A DNA stretch of 64,000 nt, from positions 1-64,000 of the forward strand of contig CAVSLC010000011.1 in NCBI GenBank assembly GCA_963728565.1. The letters are read 5' to 3'. Position 1 is the stretch's first letter; each line of letters starts with the position of its first letter. Origin of the DNA: an uncultured delta proteobacterium (GTDB taxonomy: Bacteria > Desulfobacterota > Binatia > UBA9968). A model generated the notes under the pieces. That model did no database searches. It saw only the letters and a program-made list of their open reading frames with translations, and was not told the origin of the DNA. Below are positions 30,323 through 42,966 of the stretch, piece after piece. The translations under genes and the position numbers were made by a program.

Positions 30323-31345
30323 ATGAACACCGTGAAGCACCGCTACAGCGCGGAGATCCAGCGGAGCAGGGGACTGCTGGAGCTGGCCGCAGCTCTCTAT
30401 GACACCTCACTTTCTTTTCAAACCGAGCGCGCCGCCGAACAGGCGATCCAGACAGAATCGCGCGTCGGCTATTCGCTCACGCTTGCACTTACGGCGACCC
30501 GTGAAAAAGGGGTTTCTTTGTCGTTCGCGGCGGATGGATTTCGCGAACTCCTGGCCGTGAGTCAAGGCAAGCTCTCGCTCGGCTGGATCAATCCCTCGGT
30601 CGCCGCGACCATGGCTTTCAGGGGCAAAGGGCTGTTCTCCAAGCGCCAGCCGATCAGGACCATCGCGGTTTTTCCTTCATACGACGTCATGGGATTTGCC
30701 GTGCACGAGTCTATCGGGATTACTTCGTTGGAGCAGATCAGGAAGGAGCGCACCCCGCTTCGACTCTCGACCGGAACCATCTCCCCAGCGTGGGTCAAGT
30801 ACAGCCCGACGATGTACACGGTGAGCGCGGTCATGAAAGCCGCGGGATTCACCTTTGCGAACCTGAAACAGTGGGGTGGCAAAATTCAATCGGTTACACG
30901 TCCCAGCCATCCCGACCGGCGCGAGGCTCTTCAGAAGGGAATGATCAATGCGGTGTTCGATGAAGGAATAAAGAGTTGGGGTCAGACCGCCATCGATGCC
31001 GGATTTCGCTACTTGCCGGTGGAGGGATCCATTCTGAAAAAACTGACCGCGATAGGTTATCGCGCGTCGGTTCTGCCCAAATCCCGGTTTCCGGCGCTGC
31101 CCTCGGACGTGCCCACCGTGGATTTCAGCGGCTGGCCGATGGTGGTCAACGCAGCCATGCCCGAGGATGTCGCCTACGCTCTTTGCGAAGCGATCGAGGC
31201 GCGTAAAGCGCTCATGCCGACGGACAACTTCAAGCCACTGGATATGGCCCAGCTCTGCGCGAACGATCCGGAGGCGCCGTACGATGTGCCTCTGCATAGG
31301 GGCGCGAAGCGCTTCTATCTGGAAAGGGGCTATCTCCGAAGCTAG
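30323..31345 (+). CDS. TAXI-family TRAP solute-receptor-like protein without signal peptide
   Basis: AVHESIGITSLEQI, MPEDVAYALCEAI, VPLHRGAKRFYLERGYL C-terminus. Confidence 0.75.
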   Translation: MNTVKHRYSAEIQRSRGLLELAAALYDTSLSFQTERAAEQAIQTESRVGYSLTLALTATREKGVSLSFAADGFRELLAVSQGKLSLGWINPSVAATMAFRGKGLFSKRQPIRTIAVFPSYDVMGFAVHESIGITSLEQIRKERTPLRLSTGTISPAWVKYSPTMYTVSAVMKAAGFTFANLKQWGGKIQSVTRPSHPDRREALQKGMINAVFDEGIKSWGQTAIDAGFRYLPVEGSILKKLTAIGYRASVLPKSRFPALPSDVPTVDFSGWPMVVNAAMPEDVAYALCEAIEARKALMPTDNFKPLDMAQLCANDPEAPYDVPLHRGAKRFYLERGYLRS

Positions 31346-31679
31346 ACATACCTGCGGGTCGAACCGGTGCGCGTGATAAGATTGGCTGCGAATGTTTGCT
31401 GCAGCGATCGAACGAGAGTAGGAGCTCGATGCGAGTCCTAGTTGATTTCACCGGTGCACGCTACGCGAACAGAGCAGGCGACATCAACGTCGCGGCAAAC
31501 TTTTCGTTTAGTCCTTCGAATATCATAGTTGAGTGCTTGAGTTTCTCAGACGTCGAGCTCAGCGAACGGCGCTGTTGTGGGAGTTGAGGTGCAGGAGCAC
31601 GCCGGCAGGCTGGAGTTCATCCCGAGCCATAAACAAGCGGGAGGCGATCAACGTCATGGTGGAACCTGGAGGTACTACG

Positions 31680-31900
31680 AAGCCGACGACGCCGACTTTC
31701 TTTGCCTTTGGGATGCCCCGGTGACGCATCGGCGACTATGTTGTGAACTCCGCGCAGACGAGAGGCGCGGCTCGGGCAACATCGCAGGTTGGCCGGAAAA
31801 CCGTAGCATGAGGCGATCGTCGGCGACGATGCTGTCGGAATAACCGCCATGGGTGACGCCGCCGAGGTGCTTGTCCGAGCGTTGAAGGTGAGAATCTGCT
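31680..31900 (-). pseudogene. Middle remnant of a Zn-dependent (cinnamyl-type) alcohol dehydrogenase
   Basis: ILTFN / DKHLGGVTHGGYSDSIVADDRL ... KKVGVVG across frameshifts. Confidence 0.6.
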
Positions 31901-32139
31901 TCCGGCATCCACAGGTCATCAAATGACGGGCCGCTGGGTGTACTGCACGACTCACGGAGCGACGGTAGCGACGCTTTGCTCGACGAGACCGCGCGCCGCG
32001 CCTCGGACACTTGATCAATGGGAAGAAGGGGACTTCGCAGGAAAAAAGCTTATCGACGCCGATGCCACGGGCGCGAAATACATCTTTCGCAACCGCCACA
32101 TCTCATTCGCCCAGCCGGAGTAAAACGCGAGATGCGTGA

Positions 32140-32611
32140 TGACTTCAGAAATCTTGCTTGCTGGGCGTCGTCGTCGAGCGACAGATTGAAAATTTTACGG
32201 CAATTCCGGCGTCTGATTGCGCGCGATCAGACCGCCAGGTAACGAGGCTGCGCTCGATAGCTCAGGGCATTTCCAGAGATCGCCAAGAGCGCCTGGCGTG
32301 TACCTATCGAGCGCCGGTGCGACGATCCGAACGCCATGAAGCGTCAGCTTGGCCGGGAGAGTATCCGATGTGCCTGTCCGGTGCGTTTCACCGTGGCTGC
32401 CACCTGAGATTCGTCCGACACGTCGCACAACACACTCAATCGCACTGCCGTCGGCGGACTTGATCTCGTCCACCGCTTCTGCAGGGCCCTCCTCTCTGAT
32501 GTCCGCCAAAGTGACAGCCGCCCCTGGATGGGCGAAAGCCCGTGCCGTGGCAAGCCCGATGCGCTGGTAACCAACGCAACTTATCCCCTAGAAGTTGTAG
32601 GTATTGCTCAT
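32140..32611 (-). pseudogene. Decayed SDR-family oxidoreductase
   Basis: MSNTYNF*...IGLATARAFAHPGAAVTLADIREE...CDVSDESQVAATVKRT, with stops and frameshifts. Confidence 0.65.
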
Positions 32612-32791
32612 GAGTTTCTCCAAATGTAGCCAAGAAGCAGCGCCGCTATTGCGGCCGCCTACGCCTACTCGCTCCTCTACGCGTACCGGACGTGCATTAG
32701 GTCCAGTCAAGTTGACCGCAGTGATGGAAGCGTCCCGCGTGTCGCTCCAGTCGCGTTCCACTGGATTCCGCTGCCCCGGATGATTTCCTTC

Positions 32792-33966
<1,175 letters not shown>

Positions 33967-33984
33967 CTATCTTCATTCCGGCCA

Positions 33985-34201
33985 ACGATCTCGTGGCCGG
34001 GGACGAGCGGGTAGGTAGTACGGCATGACACTGCTCCAACTCGTTCCGCACCTGGTGGACGTCGGAGCATGCGGCAGATGCCGCAAAAAAGTATTTCGAT
34101 CTGTACATCGTGTATCGTTCGGATCGCGCCGCGCGATTGTGGTAAATGACCAGCGGCGATGCCGCACTAAGGCAGCGCGAATATGCTTTTGTCTTGTACA
34201 T
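33985..34201 (-). pseudogene. N-terminal remnant of a Zn-dependent alcohol dehydrogenase
   Basis: MYKTKAYS...TTIARRDP...DVQIEILFCGIC..SDVHQVRNE..PGHEIVG across frameshifts. Confidence 0.65.
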
Positions 34202-34379
34202 TCATCCACGGGAAGATCCGTCGCTATTTTTGAATCACCTTCGCTTTGCACGTCTAGCTCGATCATCCCGAATCGTGAGAGTGAAGCATGGCTTTGCCAT
34301 GCGGCGACCGCCGGGTTCTCATAGAGTGTGGCAGTGAAAGTCGCACCGATCGTATTTCTTTTTGTTCATTGTGCGACGA

Positions 34380-34500
34380 ACCTTCGCCGTACGATCGGGT
34401 GCCTCGAACAGGGGATCGATACGTACAGTGCCGGTAAAATATTCCGCCGGTCCTTTGCTGGAAGGGCTGATGAACGCGTTTCTAATGTTATGATATCCAT
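34380..34500 (-). pseudogene. N-terminal remnant of a cupin-domain protein
   Basis: PSSKGPAEYFTGTVRIDPLFEAPD motif, then degenerates. Confidence 0.6.
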
Positions 34501-34643
34501 TTCCGTATTCCGTGTTTTGCCGACTCATCGTTTATCATTAACGCCGTCGCTCGTCTCTTTTCTCCATGACGCAGAATGTAACAGTTGCGGCGGCAGGCGA
34601 TTAGAGGGTAGATTTCGCATGGACTTATGAGAAGTTTTCATCA

Positions 34644-35539
<896 letters not shown>

Positions 35540-35902
35540 CAGCGGCTAGCTTGTCGAGTGAGCGCGCTGACAGCTGTTCTAGTCGAGGCCTTTGTTAAAA
35601 ATTATGGCCCGAGTGCTCACGGTCTACGTGAATACGAGCGATCACTTTCATACCATCGGCTTGATCTTTCTCTCTGCGTCGGCCAGTTGCTGGGCTCATG
35701 CGCCGAAGCCGCGCACGGTCACCAATCTGCGGCACTGGCACTTCTCGAGCGGCGGATTGCTAGTGTTCAACGGTCTGTGCCCACAGTAGGCGATTCCGCT
35801 CCGAAGCTCTTCCCACTGTCAATGGCGATTGAGGTGTTGTCCCCAATCGTTAGACGTATTAGAAAAATGCGCTCAAAGTGTCAGGAGAAAATGAGGTGAT
35901 CC

Positions 35903-36877
35903 TTGGGCTTACCTGCGGTTAAACGTTCTGCTGAATCCGCCGTACGATTATTTGTTCTGTGGGTGTTTCTGGCAGCGCTCGCGGCATTGATTTGGCCGGG
36001 CGGTTTCACGTGGTTCCAGCCGCTGATTATACCCGGTCTTGGCGTGATCATGTTCGGCATGGGAACGGCTTTAACAGTAGCCGACTTCAGGCGGGTGGCG
36101 GAACAGCCATATCCTGTAGCCGTAGGATTGGTCGCGCAGTTTCTCATTATGCCGTTTATGGCCGCGGCTATCGCAAAACTCTTTGAGCTTCCGCCCGCGA
36201 TTGCGGCAGGATTGATCCTCGTGGGTTCGTGTCCGGGCGGCACCGCGTCCAATGTCATGACCTATCTCGCCAAAGGCGACGTCGCATTATCAGTAACCAT
36301 GACCTCCTGTTCGACGATTGCTTCGGTGGTCGCAACACCGTATCTGATGTTGTGGCTCGCTGGCACGTATGTATCGGTGCATCCGCAGGAACTCTTGTTA
36401 TCCATCCTCACGGTTGTGATCTTTCCGGTGGTCGCCGGGCTGATCGTTCGGCAATTTTTCGGAGACCGCGTGAGCCAACTCGATGCGCTGTTGCCAGTTG
36501 TCTCGGTGGCTCTCATTGTGATGGTTGTTGCCTGCATCGTCGCATTGTCCAGAGAGCAGCTGTTGGATACCGGCGCGCTGGTTTTTGTCACGGTAGCTGC
36601 GCACAACAGCTCCGGCTTGGTGTTGGGCTATTCCATGGCGAAGCTGGCAGGCCTTGACGCAGTGCGTTGCCGGACGATTGCCATCGAAGTCGGCATGCAA
36701 AACTCGGGTTTGGGAGTAGCGCTGGCGCGCAAGCATTTTGCAGACGTGTTAGTTGCGTTGCCGGCGGCAATTTTTAGCGTAGTGCAGAATATCACCGGCC
36801 CGGCCGTAGCCAACTTATGGTCGCGCAACTCACCGAGTCCATCGTCGCGGAGTGTAGCGGCGCGTCAGATCCAATAA
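35903..36877 (+). CDS. Bile acid:sodium symporter family transporter
   Basis: MFGMG, AQFLIMP, CPGGTASNV, IEVGMQNSGLG. Confidence 0.92.
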   Translation: MGLPAVKRSAESAVRLFVLWVFLAALAALIWPGGFTWFQPLIIPGLGVIMFGMGTALTVADFRRVAEQPYPVAVGLVAQFLIMPFMAAAIAKLFELPPAIAAGLILVGSCPGGTASNVMTYLAKGDVALSVTMTSCSTIASVVATPYLMLWLAGTYVSVHPQELLLSILTVVIFPVVAGLIVRQFFGDRVSQLDALLPVVSVALIVMVVACIVALSREQLLDTGALVFVTVAAHNSSGLVLGYSMAKLAGLDAVRCRTIAIEVGMQNSGLGVALARKHFADVLVALPAAIFSVVQNITGPAVANLWSRNSPSPSSRSVAARQIQ

Positions 36878-37039
36878 AGGTTTAGGTCCCCGGCGATCTT
36901 TCTTGGTGTTCATGTGGATTCGTTGAGGCCAAGATCATAGCGCGGTTGACGAACATCTACTCGTTGACTAGTCTCAATAAGCAACGGTTGAGTGACAAAC
37001 CGGTTGTCCCTCGGCAGAATAAGCGGGATCCGTATCACG

Positions 37040-37402
37040 ATGACTAAGATTCTGCTTGTCGAAGATCATCCCGAATTGCGGGAGGTCCTCCAGCGCCAAA
37101 TCGAGTGGCTGGGGTTTACTACCATCATTGCTAAGAACGGCAAGGAGGGCGTTGATACAGCTATCGCGGAGAAACCAGACTTGATTCTGATGAATTCCTT
37201 GATGCCAGAGATGGATGGTTGGGAAGCGACCAAGATATTGCGCTCAAATCCTCAGACTAAGGACATTCCGATCTTGGCCGCGACGGCAATGTTCCGGCCC
37301 GCCGATCTAAGAGCTTGGTTAGACGTGGGATGCAACGACTACATTGTCAAACCATTTACATTGGATGAACTCTCAAGGAAGATTAGGGCTCTTATTTCGT
37401 GA
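37040..37402 (+). CDS. Single-domain response regulator (CheY/DivK-like) with Asn at the phosphoacceptor position
   Basis: KILLVED, PDLILMNSLMPEMDG, GCNDYIVKPF. Confidence 0.85.
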   Translation: MTKILLVEDHPELREVLQRQIEWLGFTTIIAKNGKEGVDTAIAEKPDLILMNSLMPEMDGWEATKILRSNPQTKDIPILAATAMFRPADLRAWLDVGCNDYIVKPFTLDELSRKIRALIS

Positions 37403-37840
37403 GGCGTTGGCGAGTCGGCGGCGACATCTTAGTTCGTCATAATGACTTTCGTACATAAGGGGTCATTCAAAGCTTACCGACGTTTTGGCCGTTGAAAACG
37501 ATGTTCCCAGGGACTCCGCATTACAACGTGTGACCGCTTATTATCGGTCGATGCGGTTTTGTGGTTCCAGAGTTTCATCGGTTTGAAGAGAGCCTTTTCG
37601 GTCCATCGGTGTTCAGCTACATGGTCAGTTGCAAATCACATTTGTCTTTAAGCCAATCACACTCTCGTCACTTCCGTAGCAACCACTTCAGCCGCTTCGC
37701 TTCCTATGTAAAAAGGACTCCGCGCTTCATGGACCATCGAACGTCTTGCGTAAGTAAGATCCGAGAAGCGGCGCATCTTGACTAGAAAAGCAGAGCTTGA
37801 CAGCCATTCTTTTGCCGCAGTAGGGTCGACCAGAGTAACA

Positions 37841-38191
37841 GTGAATACGCTAAAGAAAATCCGACTGCTGCTGGTTTCCGTTTTTTTGGCCTCGCCGGCG
37901 ATCTTGTCTGGTGCAGAACGTCACATCCATACTAGCGCTGGGTTAGGCGGTTCAGGTTTGCCTCTTTACGTTGCGAAGAGCGCCGGCATCTTCGAAAAAT
38001 ATGGACTCGACGTCGATTTGCTCGTTATTCCCGGCGGACCCCTTGGGATGCAGACCCTTGTCAGCGGCAACACTCAGTCCGCCAATATTGCGGCCATGAC
38101 TCCAATCAGGACAGTTCTGGCGGGCGGGGACATCGTGATGGTGGGCGGACATCTTAACCGTCAGATGTTCAACGACGTTGCAGAGCATTGA
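37841..38191 (+). pseudogene. Truncated NMT1-like solute-binding protein (N-terminal third)
   Basis: Signal peptide, LPLYVAKSAGIFEKYGLDVDL; stops after about 116 aa. Confidence 0.65.
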
Positions 38192-38274
38192 AATAACTCG
38201 TCCCGAGTCGCTTAGAAGTCGATTTGCGAGAGTCACGCGGTAGGAGCGTTGCTCGATCTTGTGATTGCTGCGCA

Positions 38275-39258
38275 TTATTTTTTGGTCGGTTTAGCAATGA
38301 TGTCGAAAAAAACGTTCTGGTCATCGAAGGCAAAGCCGGCTAATTCCCCATTATCGTTTAGGGCGTTTACACTTTGCCAGGTGTAGCCGTCAGGGCTGTT
38401 AATGCGAAGGTAATTCCCATCATTGTATAAATAGTAAGCTGCGACACCGTCCACGGTAGCAAACATCAGTGCCTGATCGTTGTTGTTGAGTTGCCGAACA
38501 TCACTGTTACCAGTAGCACCGGGAACTCTCAGTTCAGTAAACTGTCCGTTGTCCCATAAAAATGCATGTCGACCGTTAGTGTCCGAGTAGTGACCGACCA
38601 CCTTTAAACTGTTATTGATCGCAATAGCCTCTACCAGCGCCTCTATCGTTGGCGGCGAAATGTTTTGGTACTGCCCGTCGCTGCTGCGAATGAAACTGAA
38701 ATTGCCGGAAGTACCCGACGACCGCCCGACGATCTCCCCAAAATCATTGACGCCATACGCGACCGTTGATGTAGCACCCGACGCAGTAAAGTGAAACAGA
38801 TTGCCATTTTTACTGCGCAGGAAACCGGTTTCTATCTGAAGCAAATCATCATGACAGAATCCAACAATGTCGCCGCGATTATTCATTCCCAAAGGCGTTG
38901 TAAAGCGTTGAGTCGCGCCATCGGAGAACACTGCGCATTCAAAGTCTGTGACCTTGCGCTTCCTATCGACAAAAGAACCGGCAAAATCACCGATGAGCGC
39001 CAATTCTCGAGATCGATTAACCGCCGCTATGAATTTACCCTGTAGAGGGAAGACCTCCGTGACGGTGTAGTTGATCTCGGCGGGCGGCGCTGGCTTCTTG
39101 TCTGCGTTCTCAGGATTTGCGGCAGTCTTAACAGGTTGTGCCTGTCCAATGCCGGGAACCATCAATGCTAGGACGAAAAGAGCTACAGCCAAGACTTTTC
39201 TTTGCCCCTTTTCGTTGTTGCCAGGGGATACGCAAGCAGAAGCAAGTAGCAGTCTCAT
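38275..39258 (-). CDS. Secreted beta-repeat protein with HAF-type extracellular repeats
   Basis: RBS GGAGG; signal peptide; repeats GMNNRGDIVG, GVNDFGEIVG, AINNSLKVVG..HAFLW, ALNDNGELAG. Confidence 0.75.
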   Translation of the reverse strand: MRLLLASACVSPGNNEKGQRKVLAVALFVLALMVPGIGQAQPVKTAANPENADKKPAPPAEINYTVTEVFPLQGKFIAAVNRSRELALIGDFAGSFVDRKRKVTDFECAVFSDGATQRFTTPLGMNNRGDIVGFCHDDLLQIETGFLRSKNGNLFHFTASGATSTVAYGVNDFGEIVGRSSGTSGNFSFIRSSDGQYQNISPPTIEALVEAIAINNSLKVVGHYSDTNGRHAFLWDNGQFTELRVPGATGNSDVRQLNNNDQALMFATVDGVAAYYLYNDGNYLRINSPDGYTWQSVNALNDNGELAGFAFDDQNVFFDIIAKPTKK

Positions 39259-39670
39259 TTAGACCTCCAGACCCGAGATTGGTTTTGGTCTAACACATTA
39301 GCGCGCAACGCAATTTCATGACTCTGCCGGTATAGGGACTAGGTTCGCCTGAACCCGGAATCACATTGTAGCCAAGAACTTCCAAAAGCTACCAACGATT
39401 GCCTAGAACCGCATAGCATCGCAAGGATGCTCGGGTCAATAGAATTCCGCAATCGTGCAGCTAGTTAGAAGGAAAGGGGGGTTTTGGATTGTGTGCTGTC
39501 GCCGTGGCGTGAGACGTCAGGCGCAGCAACGGACGTCTGCTTTCAACCCCGGCCGGTTACTTAGATACCTACGTGAGGGGTAAAAAAAATTTTCAGAGAA
39601 CCTTCTTTTCGGCGCATCGGTCGGCTATGCCGAGATGGCAGCAGTATTCCGGACGAGAGCAAACGACAAC

Positions 39671-40759
39671 TCAGGTCCAGTAAAGGATTCGAGCATTTGG
39701 CAAATGTTCGGCAATCGCCTGGTCGAAAAACTTACGCATCTCCTTCATCGACTCCGCCGGATACACGTATTTCAACGAGCCGAACTTCGTACGTTTCTTG
39801 GCTCTGGTATTCTCGTCCATATCGAGGGTAGAGGCGTTATACCACTCGTTCAAAACGGTCTTCGATTTTGGCGTGAACCGGTGGGTGATAAGTTCGATTG
39901 TCAGATCGACGTTGGCTAAACCTGCGAGCGCCGCCGCAGCCTGCCGCAACAACCGCCCATAAGCTTCCCGCCAATTACCTTCGGGCATGATCGGCGCGAT
40001 CGTAAGCCCAACCGGATAACCCGCGAGCGCCGCGCGCCGCATGCCGTCGAGGCGTGCGGGCATGCCGGCGGTGCCGCCTTCAAAGCGCGCCACCGGAGCG
40101 CTATTGACTGAGAAGCGGATGCGCGTGTGATTGTTGTGCGGAATGGTGAGCAGTGAATCGAGATTGTCGTACTTCGTCGTACAGCGTAGCTGCACCGGTG
40201 CCTGCCATGCGCCGAAATGAGAGATGGCCTTGGCGAGCGAGCCCGTGAGATGTTCGATACCCAGTGGATCGGTGTAGCACGAGCCTTCATAGGTTGTGCC
40301 TTCATCGGCGCGGGCCTGTGAAGCGGAGGTGATATGGCCGCGTCCGACATACTCGGCGAGCCCGTCTAGAATTTCTTCTATATTGGCATAAACACGGGTT
40401 ACGGGCGGGCCGCTAAGCGAACCGGCGAGATAACAGTATTGGCAATGGGCCGGGCAGCCTTCAGCCAAATCGAACCGCCAATCGGCGCTGGGCGGAATCG
40501 GCTGGAGCTTCCGTTTCGAAGCCGGCGACATGACGATGGCGAGTGTGGACTTCGCGTTCATATACGCTCGTCGCGGATCGTCGCTCACAAGCCCGCTCAA
40601 ACGATTGGAATCTAGCTCGACCACTTCCGCGCCCAAAGCAGCAGCTTTCTCGGCAATGTTCCGGCCATGGGCTAATTCACGAGCTGCAGGTGTGATCAGT
40701 ACCCGCTTGGGACGCCAGAGTTTCACCTGGCTATGCGTATGTGCAGATTCAGAGGACAT
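39671..40759 (-). CDS. splB: Spore photoproduct lyase-like radical SAM protein (canonical SplB type)
   Basis: CPAHCQYCYL; YEGSCYTDPLGIEHLT matches the SplB Cys141 region; TRIRFSVN; ELITHRFT. Confidence 0.8.
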   Translation of the reverse strand: MSSESAHTHSQVKLWRPKRVLITPAARELAHGRNIAEKAAALGAEVVELDSNRLSGLVSDDPRRAYMNAKSTLAIVMSPASKRKLQPIPPSADWRFDLAEGCPAHCQYCYLAGSLSGPPVTRVYANIEEILDGLAEYVGRGHITSASQARADEGTTYEGSCYTDPLGIEHLTGSLAKAISHFGAWQAPVQLRCTTKYDNLDSLLTIPHNNHTRIRFSVNSAPVARFEGGTAGMPARLDGMRRAALAGYPVGLTIAPIMPEGNWREAYGRLLRQAAAALAGLANVDLTIELITHRFTPKSKTVLNEWYNASTLDMDENTRAKKRTKFGSLKYVYPAESMKEMRKFFDQAIAEHLPNARILYWT

Positions 40760-40786
40760 GAAGATCCTGAGACTCACAACTGGAGC

Positions 40787-41854
40787 TTAGAAGGCGTACC
40801 GCACTTCGCAGCCGGGTAAGGTGCGTTTTAAAGCGCCGAGAAAAGATTCGAGGTAGCGGCGCTTCTCGTGCACCTTGTAGCGCAGGTTCCACATGCCGTT
40901 TTGGCTGAGCTTTTTCTGCTGCAGCTCAGGGCGCCACAGCCAGTCCTCTGCTCGGGGATGCCAGCGTAAGTTGACTTCGTGCAGTGCCGCATTGTGCGTC
41001 AGGAAAATGACTTCGGCCTTGAGCTGCTCTTTCGCGGCGGAGGACAGCGTCGCATCCAATTTCTCGAAGAGCTCGAGATAATCCGTCAGCCAGGCGTCAT
41101 AGACGATCACTGGGGAAAAATTGATGTGGACCTCGTAGCCCGCGTCTACGAAATCGTTGATCACCGCGATGCGTTCGCGCACCGGCGAAGTGCGCACGTC
41201 GACAACTTGTGCGACCCGCTCGGGCATCAAAGAAAAGCGAATGCGGGTCTTCTTTTGAGGATCGTAGCCGAGCAGATCGCGATTGACGTACTTGGTCGCG
41301 AAGCTCCCCTTGGCATTGGGAATGTCGCGAAAAGTGGCGATGAGATCGCGCACATTGTCGGAAACCATGGCATCAACTGATAAATCGCCGTTCTCGCCGA
41401 GATCGTAAACCCACAGCCTGGGATCCACCTGATCCGCTGCCGGCTTGACGCCCTGCCGCTCTGCGTGTCGCATCAGCGCGGCGCAGATCTGCTCGACATT
41501 GACGAAAACAGTGATCGGATTGGCGTAACCCTTACGCCGCGGCACATAGCAGTAGCCACATGCCATAGCGCAGCCGTTTGACGTTGACGGTGCGATAAAG
41601 TTGGAGCTGCGTTCATTGGGCCTCATGCTCATGCTCTTCTTCACGCCGAGTACCAGGGTATGTTGCTTGATGCGCAGCCAGTCTTCCGCGTTGCCTTGGT
41701 TGCCATAAAGAGTGGGAATTTGATTGTGCGACGGAACCATGATGCGCCGCGCGTCCGGATAGCGCTCGAGCACCTGTCGGCCGCGATCATAGGTTTCGAC
41801 CGCCTGCTCCATGTAGATCGTTTGAATGTCGAGAATATCCCGGGGAAGTGCCAT
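40787..41854 (-). CDS. Spore photoproduct lyase family radical SAM protein (divergent type)
   Basis: CAMACGYCYV, YDLGENGD, SFATKYVN, TRIRFSLMP, GYEVHINFSPVI. Confidence 0.85.
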   Translation of the reverse strand: MALPRDILDIQTIYMEQAVETYDRGRQVLERYPDARRIMVPSHNQIPTLYGNQGNAEDWLRIKQHTLVLGVKKSMSMRPNERSSNFIAPSTSNGCAMACGYCYVPRRKGYANPITVFVNVEQICAALMRHAERQGVKPAADQVDPRLWVYDLGENGDLSVDAMVSDNVRDLIATFRDIPNAKGSFATKYVNRDLLGYDPQKKTRIRFSLMPERVAQVVDVRTSPVRERIAVINDFVDAGYEVHINFSPVIVYDAWLTDYLELFEKLDATLSSAAKEQLKAEVIFLTHNAALHEVNLRWHPRAEDWLWRPELQQKKLSQNGMWNLRYKVHEKRRYLESFLGALKRTLPGCEVRYAF

Positions 41855-42133
41855 GCGTCTTATGTCAGTATTGCTGACGGCGGCTTCACCTTCAACAGTG
41901 TAGGTCGTCGACCTCCGGACGACATCGCGACGTTCTCCTCACGGCCACGCCAGAGTAAAGTGCCTTCCAAGAAATGGAGCTTTAGGGTGGGATCTGGCAG
42001 CATAATGCATTAGACCAGAGCTTCTCAGATCTGGATTTTTATTTCAGTGCGGTAAAGCATTGAGGGAGATGTTAATGGGAGCGATCTCCAGGAGCTGGAT
42101 TCAAACCTTCCATATAGTCAGGATATCAAGCCG

Positions 42134-42625
42134 ATGAATATCATCGATCAATTGCTCGGCAACGAGGCAGGCAATTTCATCCAGTTTGTGAAGTATGCCA
42201 TCAGTGGAGGGATCGCGACGATCACCCACATCCTGATATTTCACCTTGTCGCCTGGAAATTATTCTACGCCTTGCAGGCAAATGACTGGTTCGTAAAAAT
42301 CCTTAAGCTGCCCATTCATCAGATCAGCCACAGCGTTCGGGCACGCAATTCCATGAAGGCGAATGGCGTTGCCTTTGTCATCTCAAATTTGGTCGCCTAC
42401 ATTATCAACATCTATTGGGTTTTTGTTCCGGGCCGGCATCATTGGATCGTGCAAATTGGCCTGTTTTATGTGGTTTCAGGTGTTGCCATAGTGGTTGGTA
42501 CCGCGCTGATGGTGTCCTTGATTCGGCGGTTCGGGATGTTAACGACTCATGCTTTTGGCGCGAACATTTTCGCTGGTTTGATGATCAATTATGCAATGCG
42601 CAAGTTTTTTATCTTCAGTGGCTGA
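42134..42625 (+). CDS. GtrA-family membrane protein
   Basis: QFVKYAISGGIAT, AYIINIYWVF, INYAMRKFFIF; about 4 TM segments. Confidence 0.8.
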   Translation: MNIIDQLLGNEAGNFIQFVKYAISGGIATITHILIFHLVAWKLFYALQANDWFVKILKLPIHQISHSVRARNSMKANGVAFVISNLVAYIINIYWVFVPGRHHWIVQIGLFYVVSGVAIVVGTALMVSLIRRFGMLTTHAFGANIFAGLMINYAMRKFFIFSG

Positions 42626-42855
42626 GTCGGTCATTTCGGGCGAACTATAACCGGTTCGAATTCAGGCCGGCTTCCGCGCTGGTTATGTTTGGCGGCGATT
42701 TGATCGATGGCAGCCTCGAAATATAGTGATGCGAGGCAGCTTCGAGAACCCCTGCTTGCCGTGACTCGTCTGCAGGCTGTTCCGCTTTCGTTTCGATTGC
42801 GCTTGACCGGTTTTCGCCGTTTAGGCTAGCGTGCTCACAAAGATCGGAGGTCCCG

Positions 42856-42966
42856 ATGCCTGTCATTCCGCTCAAGCCTGTCGATCGGGTCGACGTGTTG
42901 AGTGTCATGGACAATTCCATCGACGTGCTCCTGGGAAACACGCCGGTGGCGCGCCGGGTCAAGTGA
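42856..42966 (+). pseudogene. 36-aa N-terminal stub of an MBL-fold hydrolase
   Basis: RBS GGAGG, then MPVIPLKPVDRVDVLSVMDNSIDVLLGNTPVARRVK*. Confidence 0.5.

Noticed and set aside
42650-42672. tRNA T-arm-like CCGGTTCGAATTC
   Set aside because: No cloverleaf or acceptor stem can be built around it.
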